Shown piece by piece: positions 1 through 12,500 of a DNA stretch of 64,000 bases; the first letter of the stretch is position 1, and the number at the start of each line of letters is the position of its first letter. The notes beneath the pieces were generated by a model. The model was not told the origin of the DNA. It did no database searches and saw only the letters and a program-made list of their open reading frames with translations. The position numbers and the translations under genes are program-made. The DNA comes from Hemiscyllium ocellatum (taxonomy: Eukaryota), in NCBI RefSeq assembly GCF_020745735.1, contig NC_083423.1, positions 23,932,001 to 23,996,000 of the forward strand, given 5' to 3'.

Positions 1-160
1 AACATCTCCATCGCCCCTCCCCCAAGTCCCTCCTCCCTACCTTTTATTTTAGCCTGCCTGGCACCCTCTCCTCATTCCTGATGAAGGGCTCCGGCCCGAA
101 ACGTGAATTTCCTGTTCCTTGGATGCTGCCTGACCTGCTGTGCTTTAACCAGCAACACAT
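1..160 (+). mobile_element. Neptune-type PLE 3' end with decayed hammerhead (78-105)
   Basis: Same tail as the 52550-54752 element; CTGATGA-A-GGGCtccgGCCC-GAAAC-GT(G), cleavage-site C missing. Confidence 0.8.
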
Positions 161-744
161 AATCAAAGCATAAGGGAACAAGCCAAGAAACTACTAATTA
201 TCAAACCTAGAAATCGTTACTGCAGCAAGAGAAGCAAACAAATGTGCCAGGAGAGAAGAGACATCATTGGGAAAGAAAGGTTAAAAATAAAGTTATTTCA
301 AACATTTAAAACAGATCTCACACTGTTTCATCTAGCCAATACTACCCCAGGTAGAGATCCTAACAGAAGAAATGCAAAGAATACATAGGGAATATGCAAT
401 TCAGTTCCTGCCCCTTTCCTGGAGTACATTAATGAGTAATTTGTTGCCACTGCCAATACATTTATGGTTTATATAGCATACAAAAAGACTATTGGGAAGC
501 TTTTAAACACTTAAATAAATCCTCATTATTGAAGTTAAAGTCTATCATCCAATTACATTATTCAGATACCAATAATACAATAACAATGAAGGTTATACGA
601 TAGAATTAAATAACCGGATTTCTGGCAACATATCAGTCCTTCTGACTTCTGACCTTGAAGAGCTGTCCCACAGACATTCAAATTAAGAGCAGTGGGCCAT
701 TCAACAACTTGCAGCTGCTCCTATCTACACTTACACCATTTGAC

Positions 745-1150
745 TAATGGAGTCATACTGTTCTGAAACAGACTCTTCGGTCCAACTTGTCCATGCCATC
801 TTGACATCCTAATCTGACCAAGTCCCATTTGACAGCACTTGGCCAATATCCCTCTAAATTGTTCCTAGTCATGTACCCATCCAGTTGCCTTTTAAATGTT
901 GTAATTGAACCCATCTCCACCACTTTCTCTGGCAGCTCATCCCATACACGTTCGTCGCAAAATGGTCACCCCTCAGGTCCTTTTTAAAATCTTTCCCCTC
1001 TCACCTTAAACCGATGCCCTCTAGTTTTGGACTGCCCCATCCTAGGGAAAAGACTTTACTTATCTACCTAACCACACCCCTCATGATTTATAAACCTGAA
1101 AGAGACCACACCTCAGCATCCAACACTCCAGCCTATTCAGAATCTCACTA
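745..1150 (-). mobile_element. CR1/HER1-type LINE 3' fragment
   Basis: Homologous to the LINE 3' ends at 39580-40350 and 62105-62575. Confidence 0.75.
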
Positions 1151-1214
1151 CAGGGCCCAAAAACCCAACAATGTCTCTTCTTCCTCAGACAGCTGCGGAA
1201 ATTTGGCATGACAG

Positions 1215-1710
1215 CAAATGCCCTAGCCAACTTTTATAAGTCCGCCATCGAGAGCATTCTGTCTGGATGTACACTACCTGGTACGGCAACTGTATCATTC
1301 AAGATCAAAGACGGTTACAGAGAGTGGTGAACTCAGCCCAGACAATCACAAAGACCAACGTCCCATCTATAGAATCCATCCACCAGGCCCGCCGTCAAGG
1401 AAATACTACCAGCATTCTCAAAGATTGATTCCTGGCAATGCTTTTCTACAAAGTCTACCATTAGGGAGAAGGTATAGAAGCCTAAACACACGCACCAGAG
1501 CCGGTTTCGTAACAGTTTCTACCCTACTGTTATTAGAATACTGAATGTACTCACAAACTCTTAACATTCATCTGTACCTGTGTTTTTGTTTTGCCACTGT
1601 TACCTATTTACTTATCTATGCTACTTAACTATGTGATCTGCCTGTATTGCAAGCAAGACAAAGCTTTTCACTGTGCCTCGGTATACGTGACAATAAATTT
1701 AATTCAATGT
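1215..1710 (+). mobile_element. Rex1/Babar-like LINE 3' fragment
   Basis: Decayed RT C-terminal signature (ESILSGC...WYGNC...RLQRVVNSAQ) followed by an AATAAA tail. Confidence 0.55.
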
Positions 1711-1902
1711 CATAACTCAAATTCTCAAGCAAGATCCTTGTAAAACTTTACTTTTTTGGGCAGTCAAGAATATATTTAACACAGCCTTAAAAATATCCAA
1801 TAACCATACCTCCAATACTTTCACAAGTTAATGACCTACTCAGGAAAAATATTTCCTCAATTTTCATTTTAAATGAGAAATTATACTTTTAAGTTGTGTT
1901 AG

Positions 1903-2027
1903 TAAAAAATGAGGTCTGCAGATGCTGGAGATCACAGCTGCAAATGTGTTGCTGGTCAAAGCACAGCAGGCCAGGCAGCATCTCAGGAATAGAGAATTCG
2001 ACGTTTCGAGCATAAGCCCTTCATCAC
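1903..2027 (-). mobile_element. Neptune-type PLE tail truncated within the hammerhead core
   Basis: Minus strand reads TGATGA-A-GGGCttatGCTC-GAAAC-GTC-GAATT followed by the family tail. Confidence 0.8.
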
Positions 2028-2282
2028 TAGTCAGAGTCTCTCTCATCCTTTCATCATTCAGAATTTTACAAATTTTAACAAAGATCCCTTCTCATTCTTC
2101 TAAACTCCAAAGTACATAAGCTCCACCCCATACTTTCCTCATTTCAGGAATCAATTGAGTGAACCTTCTCTACTCTTTCATTATTTCTTCAGGTGACCAA
2201 ACTTGGTCTCACCAAGGGCTATACAACTGTAATGAAATTTCCCGATATGTACGTACCACGCACTTTGCAATAAATGACAGTA

Positions 2283-2510
2283 GGAGAAAGTGAGGACTGC
2301 AGATGCTGGAGATCAGAGCTGAAAAATGTGTTGCTGGAAAAGCGCAGCAGGTCAGGCAGCATCCAAGGAGCAGGAGAATCGACATTTCATGAATCAGCTC
2401 TTCTTCTGGAATTCCTGAAGTTCCTGAAGAAGCGCTTATGCCTGAAACATCGATTGTCCTGCTCCTTGGATGCTGCCTGACCTGCTGCGCTTTTCCAGCA
2501 ACAAATTTTT
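2283..2510. mobile_element. Two-tailed inverted PLE mini-element
   Basis: Two opposed Neptune tails, each with a decayed hammerhead; 15 bp TSD CAATAAATGACAGTA at 2268-2282 and 2511-2525. Confidence 0.85.
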
Positions 2511-2815
2511 CAATAAATGACAGTATTCTACTCTGACATATCGCACACTTTTTTATTTTTCCTCTTATATTGCATTACTAAAGACACATTGGCTCTGACT
2601 GTTGCCACCATAAAGTAAACCGGTAACTGCAGCAAACACGAATAGTTCAATCAGACACTGCAGGAAATAAAGTAGTAAGTGACTGAACCAGAACAAAAGA
2701 GACTAAAAGGAACATCAATACAATCACAGAAATCTGAAGAAATTAAATTATAATTAACAACAGAAAAAAATGCGGGGGGGGGGGGGGAGATTCGAACTGA
2801 CAAGCTCAGACTCAC

Positions 2816-2950
2816 CTCCCCCCCTCCCAGGGAACCGTGTCTAGATACGTTCCACTCTCCTAAAATACCAGTAATGTGAATCCTGTTGTCTGAATATTCC
2901 TCTCTTTGATAATCTTATTTTTCTTTCTTTGAGGCTCGCGCCATTTTTTT
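2816..2950 (-). other. Putative non-coding first exon of a divergent gene (NCAPH2 expected from human synteny)
   Basis: Runs from the YY1 motif to a strong donor GAG|gtgagt; contains only a 9-codon uORF (MARASKKEK*). Confidence 0.45.
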
Positions 2951-3025
2951 GTTTTACCCGCGCAGGTTCAAACCCGCGGTGGCGCATGCGCAGCACGACC
3001 CCCCAACCACCCGTCTGTGGGTAAG
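2930..3025. promoter_or_regulatory. CpG-rich, probably bidirectional promoter
   Basis: Local CpG cluster; NRF1 palindrome GCGCATGCGC 2982-2991; YY1-type AAAATGGCG on - at 2939-2947; CHR-like TTTGAA on - at 2967-2972; + strand donor GG|gtaaga at 3021; - strand donor GAG|gtgagt at 2815. Confidence 0.7.
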
Positions 3026-3441
3026 AGGAAAGAAAAACAAAGTATGAAAGAATTTCCTCCGAAATAAAACCTGACAGATAAACCTTTAATATGGGGTTAA
3101 ATATTTGTTTAAACTGCCACTTTGTTTTGGTGGATTATTTTTTAAAAATGGTAACGGACGATCTCCCCTCCCGATTTGATGGTAAATGCAGAAGGACGGC
3201 GACGATTTGGAGCAATCCATTGCGAGAACAGGGAAGATAAACTTTTTAAAAGTTCTTAAAGTAAAAAAAAACTGAAGACCGTGGCTAGTCTGGTTATTTG
3301 TGTCAAACAGTTATCACTATATTAACTCGTGGCCCAGGCTGAGCTATATTGCGCGTTATTATAATGGAAGGGATATGGGTTGGACCTAATGATTCCCCCC
3401 GCAGTGTTGACTGTGGTTGTGTCCAGGCCTGCAGCTTCAGG

Positions 3442-3535
3442 ATGGGGGAGATCGGGTTGGCGCGGGGAGCCTTCCTCTGGGGCATGGTGGCTATTTACCT
3501 GTGTGCATTCGCCTCACTTTATGTACAAATCCCAG
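3442..3535 (+). CDS. LMF2: LMF2 coding exon 1
   Basis: ATG at 3442; [31 protein letters not shown](G); donor cag|gtaac. Confidence 0.92.
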
Positions 3536-6500
3536 GTAACAGTGATGGCCCGTCATTCTGTGTGTTTTAAAAGGTGTGTCTCGGTGAAGGGTGTAGTTAT
3601 TTGGCGGGTGGGTGAAGGAGCCTCGTGGAGAAGGGAGAGGTGTGGTTAGTGGAAGGAAACCGAGTGAAGTGCAATCAATGGTTTAGCTCCGAAACAACAT
3701 CAATAATGTGGCGATGTTGGCTGTGAGATTGGAAAGCGTTGGTGCCGTCCTGTTGACAGGGTACTTCCCTGTGTTGATGAACTGGTACGGTTTGGACTTT
3801 GGTCTGGTGGTTCACTGCAGACACTGAACATCTAAAACAAACACACAATGCTGGAGAAACTCGCTCGCTGCTCATCGGATGCTGCCTGAACTGATGTGCT
3901 CTTCCAGCACCACTAACCCAGAATCTGGTAGCATATGTGAGGAGAGAAGTAGAGATAACGTTTCGAGTCCGGAGTGACTTTTCTTCAGGCTCTTATGGCG
4001 AGCCCCCAACTGTCAATATGTACACAGGGAATAATGTTTTGGAAATGAAGTGAACTCAACTGAAGCCATTCCATTATGTGCACTATTCGCTACAGAGGTC
4101 CAAAAAGGACCATCTTCTCCAGGGCAACCAGGAATGGGCAATAAAGGCTAATAAAACCAGCATCCCATGAATGTTTTTTCTCGAGTAAGAAACCCACTGC
4201 CCATTTTCTTCGCATGTTCATGAACCTCATGAGTGCACTCTCCACCACCTTCCCCCTTATTCTTCCATTCCATCTCTTTTCAGAGAAGCCCAAGCTTTCA
4301 AAGTAAAAACAAACTGCTCAAGAAGTGTTGAAAGGGTTCAGAAAAGATTTACAAGGATGTTGCCAGGGTTTGAGCAATAGGGAGAGGCTGAATAGGCTGG
4401 GTCTACTTTCCCTGGAGTGTCAGAGGCTGAGGGTTGACCTTAGAGGTTTATAAAATCACGAGGGACATGAATAGAATGCATACCCAAGATATTTTTCCCA
4501 GACTGAATGAGTTGAAAATTATTTAGCACAGGTTTAAGGTGAAGGGGGGAAAGATTTAAAAGGGACCAAAAGGACAACCTTTTCTTGCAGAGGGTGGTGA
4601 GTATATGAAATGAGGTGCCAGAGGAAGTGCTGGAGGCTGGTACAATTACAACATTTAAAAGGTATCTAGTACATGGACAAGAAGGGTTTAGAGGGATACA
4701 GGCCAAATGCTGGCAAATGGCACTCAATTAATTTAGGATATCTGATCGACATAGATGAGTTGGACTGAAGTGTCTGTTTGCATGCTGTACATCTCCATGA
4801 CTCTAAGAAAACCAGATCTGGCAGTGTCTATAAAGAGAGAAGAGTGTACTGTCTACAAATGATGTCGGACATGCTGATTTTCTTCAGCACTTCCAACTTC
4901 AATTTCCAGTCTCTGACAGCTGTAAGATTTTTGTGTGTGAAGCCTTCCCCCAACATCATTTCTATCTCTAATTTTTAACTGGTGTGCTTAAGAATTTGAA
5001 GTTTTCATTTGATTGCGTAGTTTTCCTGAATCAGCTGCCAGTGGGAACAATGGATCAGCAGTCAGAATGTTGTACTTCTCATCAGTTGCAAGGTTAAGAT
5101 TCTGAATCATAGGATCCTTTGGACCCCGTTCTGATCAGACAGTAGCTGTAATTGGGAGAGATCAGTATGGGTCTGTGATTAGGCTGTCAGCTGGGGCTTT
5201 GTCCCTCTCCTATCGACAAGATATCCCAAAGCACTTTCAAAATATAACCATTGTGGTAAAGGAAACACATCAGCCAATTAACAAGCAGCCAGATCCAAGA
5301 AGCAGCAATTTTCTGTACTCATGTTGTCCTTTGCCTTTTCTTGGAATGTTTGTTTGTCACTGGCCAATTGTAGGGATGATAAAGGCTATTAATAGGGACA
5401 TAGAATGCAAGAGCACAAAGATTATATTGAAACAAATCAGAGTGTGAAATTCATATCTGTGGAGAGAGAAACATTTGGAGTCCAATATGATTCATGGATT
5501 AGAAAGTATTAACTCTGTTTCTTCAGCCCTTTTGTTTTTGTTTCAGATTTCCAACATCAATATTTTGCTTTTACTTGAGATTATATTGAACTTGCATAAG
5601 GCACTTGTTTGGCCTCAGTTGGATTACTGTGACTGTTTTCTGGTGTCGCGGTTTAGGAAGAATGGGTTGGTTTGCTTAGTTGGCTGGACAGCTGGCTTAC
5701 AATGCAGTGTGACCCCACCAGTGTGGATTCATTTGCGTACGAGCAAGGTTACTGTGAAGGTACATTCTCAACCTCTCCCTTTGCCTGAGACATGTTGATC
5801 TTCAGGTTAAATTCACGACCAGTCATGCCTCTCTCATGAGAGAGCAGTCCTATGGTCCTCTAAGACAATGGTGATTTTACTTTTGAGGGAGGATGTGAAG
5901 GCATTGGAGACACTGAGCCTTAGGAGGTTGATTGCACTGCAATTAATTTTAGTTATGAAGACAGATTGAAGAAGTTAGGACTGCTTCCTTCGGAGAAGGG
6001 AAGGATAAGAGGAGATCTGATAAAGGTATTCAAAATCGCGAGGTATCTGAACAGAATTGATAGGAAGAAACTGTTTCTCCTTTTGAAATGATCAAGAAAA
6101 AGAGGGTGCGGATTGAAGTAATTGTTAAACAAGAAAAATATGGGGAACAGCATTTGCAAACAGCAAGTTGTTAGGGTCTGCAAAGGACTGCCAGGAGAGT
6201 GGTGGAGACAGTTTCAATCAAGATATTCAAGAATGAAGTTTTATTATTTTGGAAGGGAATGATGTGCAGGGTTACACAGAGTATACTGGAAAACGTCACT
6301 AGGTGAAATGCTTGTTGGAAATATGTGCACATACACTGACATTCTTCTGTGATCTTATCCTAAGGCCATTTTACTAAAGTTATTAGCTTCACTGAAATTT
6401 TTGAGGAAGTATTTCGATTGATTAATTTTGGGGAAGCTCTTGACAAGTTTCTAATGCAAAGTGGCCATAAAAGTAAAAGCCATAAGATGTGATTTGGCAA

Positions 6501-9500
6501 AAGACTAGAAACAGCTATTCAAGGATAAATCAGTCTTAGAACAGTGAGAAGTATACATGGAGGATTTGGCACAAATACATTCCGGTTGAGATTAGATTAG
6601 ATAACTTAGTGTGGAAACTGACCTTTCAGCTCAACAAGTCCACACCGACCCTCCGAAGAGCAACCCAACCAGACCCATTCCCCTACATTTACCCCTTCAC
6701 CTAACACTACGAGCAATTTAGCACGGCCAATTCACCTAACCTGCACATCTTGGACTGTGGGAGGGAAACCGGAGCACCCGGAGGAAACCCACGCAGACAC
6801 TGTGAGAATGTGCAAACTCCACACAGACATTTGCCCGGGGCTGGAATTGAATCCGGGACCCTGGCAATCAGAGGTAGAATTCACAAATACAGGCTGTCCT
6901 AAATGTCAAACAGCATGCAAGGCAGAAATTGTGTAGAAAAGAAAGCTTACGTTAAGCTGAGAGCCCAATAACACAGTAACTGGGAGAATTGTTGCAAGGT
7001 CAGAGGCAAACCTAGACAGGACATTTGAAAAGCAAACAGAAGGAACTTTAGCAGCTATTTTGTCAATATATAAAGTATTGCTGAAAAAAACAATTTTTGG
7101 TCAGAAAGATAGCCAAAAGAGTAAGGCCTTTAGAGACTAAAAAGGTGTAAAATGTGTAGAGGCTGAAGTCAAGGGCATGATTCTTAATTAATAATTTGCA
7201 TTCGCCTCCACAAGAAGGGAAGTGATTGAGTAGTTACAAAATATAAAATATTGAATAGAATAAACATAGAGAGGAAATATTAAGAGGTGTGGAATCTTTG
7301 AAAGTCAGTAAATCACTGAGCCTAAATTAGGTACATTTAGGCTGTTCAGAGAAGCAATTGAAAAAGTTATGGTGGATCTGGCCATAATAATTCTAACCTT
7401 CTCTGGTTATAAATGTAGGAGTGCCAAGATTCCACCTTTGTTTAAAAAGGGAGAAAAGAATTGAACAAGTCCTTATAGGCAGGTCATCCTAAACTCAGTG
7501 CTGGGTAATTTATTAGGGAAATCTCTGAGGCACAATATAAATTGCCATTTAAAAGACACATTTATTTAAGACAGTCAGCAGAGATGTGTTGAGGAAATGA
7601 TAAGTCTATCTAATTTTACTGAATTTTTTTTGAGAAAGTGGCACAACTGATTAATTTTGGGAAAGTTTTTGACAATGCAAAGTGGCCACAAAAGTGAAAG
7701 CCATGAGATTCAAATAACAAGTTGGATCCAAAATTAACTTAGGGCAGAAAACAAAGGATGATTATCCATGTTGTTTTTGTAATGGAAAGCCTTTTCCAAC
7801 TGTGTCCCACAGGGTTTATTGATAAGTTACTTGTCTTTTGTGTTAAAAATCACTGATTTAGAGTAAAAAATTTACAATGATACAAAGACTGACCATGTTG
7901 TTAGTAGTCAAGTCGAAAGCTGTGGATTTCAGAAACATATTGATCAGGTGGGTAGAAAAGTGGAAAGTGGAATTCGTGTGGACAGGTGAGAAGTAAGCGT
8001 TTGGAGAAGCCTAACAAGGCAAGGAAATACAAGTAAATGGCCAGTAATGTTGAGGAATGGAAGAGAAGAGGCAGAAATAGACAAGCTGAAATTGGAAGCA
8101 AAATTGATAAATGTTTCCAATTCCAGACAAAAGAGGGAAGCAGCACCACAAATACATTTGTGACTCCTTTGTTCCCTCCTTGACATCGCAGTTTCCATCT
8201 TCAGGATAGGTTGGCCATCAATATCCATTACAAACCCACCGACCCCCACATTTTTCTTGACTATATATCCTCACCCCTGTTTCCTGTAAGGACTTTATTC
8301 CATTCTCCAAGTTTTCCATCACATTTGTTCTGTGATGCCACCTTTCACAGGGTGGACCTCAAATGTTCACCCTTTTCCTTAACTGAATATTCACTACTAC
8401 TATTCCTTAGTCATGTCCAACCCATTTCCAACACTTCTGCCATCACCCCTTCTCTTCCCTCCCACAGCTACAATAGTGTCCCTCTGGTCCTTAGATTCCA
8501 CTCCACCAGCTCCACATCAGAAGGATCATAAGCCACCATTTCCACTTCCACCAGGCACATCGTCTCCATCACTCTCATCATCATTCCACAGGAACCATTC
8601 CCTCAAGGGCAACTGGTTCAATTCCCCCACTCCCCACACCCCCTCCCCATACAATCATAGAAGGTGCAACACTTTTCTGTTTATCTCACTATCCAAGACC
8701 CCAGACACTGGCCAATATGAGCAGTGATTTATCTGCACTGCACTCAATCTAATCTACTGTATTTGCTGTTTGCATAGCAGTCTCCTCTATATCAGGGAGA
8801 GGAGAAACAAACCAGATGACCACTTTGCAAAACACCTGTATCTGTCTGTAAAAATCATCCTGAACTTTTCAGTTTCTTGCCACAACAACATACCACAATG
8901 TTCCCTGGCCAATATTTCTGTCTCAGGCCTGCTGTAGTGCTCCAGTATTGCTCAATGCAATTTGTAGGAGCAACATCTTCCATTTGTGGACGTAACAGCC
9001 ATCAGGACTCAATATCAAGTTTAATAATTTCAGAGCATGAACAACACTATGGCACAGTGGTTAGCACTGCTGCCTCACAGCACCAGAGACCTGGTTCAAT
9101 TCCCACCTCAGGTGACACACTGTGTGGAGTTTGCACATTCTCCCCATGTCTGCGTGAATTTCCTCTGGGTGCTCCGGTTTCCAAAGATGTGCAGGTCAGG
9201 TGAATTGGCCATGCTAAATTGCCCGTAGTGTTAGTGAAGGGGTAAATGTAGGGGAATGGGTCTGAGTGACTTGCGCTTCGGTGGGTCGGTGTGGACCTGT
9301 TGGGCCGAAGGGCCTGTTTCCACACTGTAAGTAATAATCTAATCTAATCTAACATCTTCCATGTCTATTACCTACACCCAACCCAGATTCTGTCTTGAAA
9401 TTAGTTGCTTCCAGCATAGCCAACCCATTTTTTTACTACTTACAGCCCCATTACCATGTATCTAGCTTGCCTTCCTCAGCTTACTTTATCTGCTTACCTT

Positions 9501-12500
9501 TTTTTTGTTTCACCTCTCTGGACTCTGTCTCCACTTATCTGCTCACCACCTCCACCATTAGCCATGCTTTCATCAGCATAAATACCAACTTTTTCAGAGC
9601 TGCTAGCAGTTGTGAAGAAGAGTCACTGGACTCAAAATGTTAACTCTTGTTTTCTCTCCACAGATGCTACTAGACCTGCTGAGTTTCACAGAGAATGTCT
9701 GTTTTCATTTCTTTTTCAGGTCTCCAGCATTCACAGTTCTTTATTTTACTTTCATAAGTTAAAGTGGCTTGAAACAAAAAAATGTTGAGGGGCGATTTAA
9801 TTGAGAATTGAGATTAGACCAGATAACACTCTGTTGGCTCACACAATTGTGAATGGACTGAATAGACTCCTACGGTGCAAGCCATGCTTGTTTCTATTAT
9901 TAATAATATTGTGACCTTTTGTTTTTCTGACAGGACTCTATGGAAAGGAAGGAATTCTACCAGTCCGCAGGATGCTGCCCTTCACTGGAAAGCCACTGGT
10001 CGAGCAGCTGACAGATTCTCCAACGTTACTGTGGTTGTGCCCCTGGCTTGGGCTTGACACTGAACAAGGCATGGAGTTCATTTGCTTACTGGGGATCAGC
10101 CTGTCCGTCATCGCTCTAGTGGCAAAACCTTTCCGAGACTGCTTCATCTTTGCATGCCTCTGGATCCTCTACTTATCAGTTTACCAGGTGGGTGTCCATA
10201 TCGAAACATAGAAGATAGGCATAACGTGGAGGTGCGTGTGTTGGACTGGGATGGACGAGCTCCGAAATCAGATGACAGCAGGTTATAGTCCAACAGATGT
10301 ATTTGAGATCACCAGCTTTCAGAGCATTGCCACTTCGTCAGGTGAAGTCACTTCTGGCATAGAAAATAAGAACAGGAATAGGCCATTTGGCCCTTTTGAA
10401 CTAGCCTCACTATTCAATATGATCATGGCTAATCATCCTACTCAGTGGTCTTTTTATGTTTTTGCCCCATATAATTTGATCCCATTAGCCCTAAGAACAA
10501 TATCTATCTCCTTGAAAACATTCCGTGTTTGGCCTTAACCGCTTTCTGTGGCAGAGTTCCAAATAGTCACCACTCTGAATGAAGAACTCTGTCCTCATCT
10601 CAGTCCTAATGGCCTATTCCATATCCTTAGACTGTAACCCTTGGTTCTGGAATCACTAATCATTGGGAATATTCTTCCTGTGTTTACCCTGTGTCGTCCT
10701 GATAGAATTTTATTGGTTTCTGAGTTCTTCCTCATTCTTTTAATGTCAGTGACTATAGTCCTAACTGATCAGGGCTATCTTCATACGTTAGTGCTACCAT
10801 CCTAGGAATCAATCTGGTAAACCTTTGTTGCACTTCCTCCTTAGCTAGAACATCCTGAAGGATAAGGAGACCAAAACAGCACACAATATCTCAGGTGTGG
10901 TCCCATCAAGGCACTGTATAATTGTAGCATAACATTCGTGCTCCGGTACTCTAATCCCTCAGCTATGAAAGCCAACAAACCATTTTACACGACCTACTGC
11001 ACCTCCATGCTTACTTTCACTGACTGGTACACAAGGGCTCCCAGGTTTTACTGCAACTTAACTTTTCCCAGTCTATCAGCTAATTGCCTTCTGGTTTTTG
11101 CTACTAAGGTAGATAACTGCATTGTATTCTTCATCTACCATACATACCCCACTCACTCAAACTGTCCAAAGCACACCAAAGCATTTCTACATTCTCCTTA
11201 CATTTCACCCACCAAATTTTGTCATCTCCAAACTTGGAGATATTACATTCATATAATGAATAGATGGGGTCCAAACATTGATCCCTGCAGTACCCGACTA
11301 GTCACTCACTGGCTGTCACTCAGAAAATGACCCTTTTATTCCTCCTGTTTCCTGTCTGCCAGCCAGTCCTCTATTGAGTCAGCACTCTATCCCCATTCCT
11401 AAGTGTTTTGATTTTACATGCTTAAGTAGGACCTTATCAAATACCTTCTGAAAGTCCAATCGACTGCATCCACTGGTTTCCCTTATCAGCTCTCAAAGAA
11501 TTCATCACAAAAGAATTCCAGTAGATTTGTCAAATTGAATTTTCCTTGCTTATATCCATTCTAAATCTGTCATTTTGTTTCCAAATGTTCTGCAATTAAA
11601 TCTTTTTCAATGGACTGTAGTATTTTCCCTACTACTGACGCCAGACTGACTGTTCTGTAATTCCCTGTCATCTCTCTACCTACTTTTTTTAAATCGTGGG
11701 ATTACATTAGATCCTCTCCAATCCATAGGAACTGTTCCAGAGTCTAGCATCTTGAAAGGTGACCATCAATGCATCCACTATTTGTAGGGCCAAATCCTTA
11801 AGTACGCTAGAGTGAAGATTGTCAGGCTCTGGGGCTTTATTGACCTTTAATCCCATCAATGACCCCCATACATTCCTTCAGTTCCTTTCTCTCATTAGAC
11901 CATGTGTTACCAATATTTTTGAAACATTATTTGTATCCTCCTTTGTGAAGATGGAACTAAAATATGTACTTAATTGGTCTGTTATCTCTTTGTTTTCCAT
12001 TATAATTTCCCCTGCTTCTGATTGGAAAGGACTTAACATTTGCCTTTGTTAATCTTTTTCTCTTTACTAACCTATAGAAGCTTTTACCAATAGTTTGTAA
12101 ATTCCCTGCAAATTTACTCCCATGCTCCACTTTTCCTCCTTTGCTAAATCTAAACTGCTCCTGATCTTCAGGGCTGTTGCTCTTTTTGGCCATTTCTAAG
12201 CCCCTTCTTTGGATCGACTGCTCTTCATGATTTCCCTTCTTAGCCATGACAGCACCATTTTTCTTGGTTTGTTTTTGTGCCAGATAGGAAAGTGGAATTG
12301 TTGCAGTTCCTCCATGTATTTTTTAAATGTTTGCCCTTGCCTATGCATTGCCATCCCTTTAAGTAATGCTCCTCAATTTATCTTAGCTGGCTTGCGCCTT
12401 GTACCAAGGTAGTTGTCTCTATTTAGATTCAGGGCCCGAGGTTCAGAGTCAAATATATCACTCTCCATCTTAATGAAGAATTCCATCATATTATGAGCAC

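Noticed and set aside
2283-2510. DNA-transposon MITE (terminal inverted repeats plus TSD)
   Set aside because: The inverted arms match the 3' tail of the RT-encoding Neptune element and are unequal in length, pointing to a retrotransposition product.
1-2815. NCAPH2 coding sequence
   Set aside because: I could not find an NCAPH2-like peptide on the minus strand; identity rests on synteny only, so no symbol was assigned.
9048-9110. tRNA gene from A/B-box-like sequence (also in other SINE heads)
   Set aside because: It continues directly into the V-domain and LINE-derived tail, so it is a SINE head.
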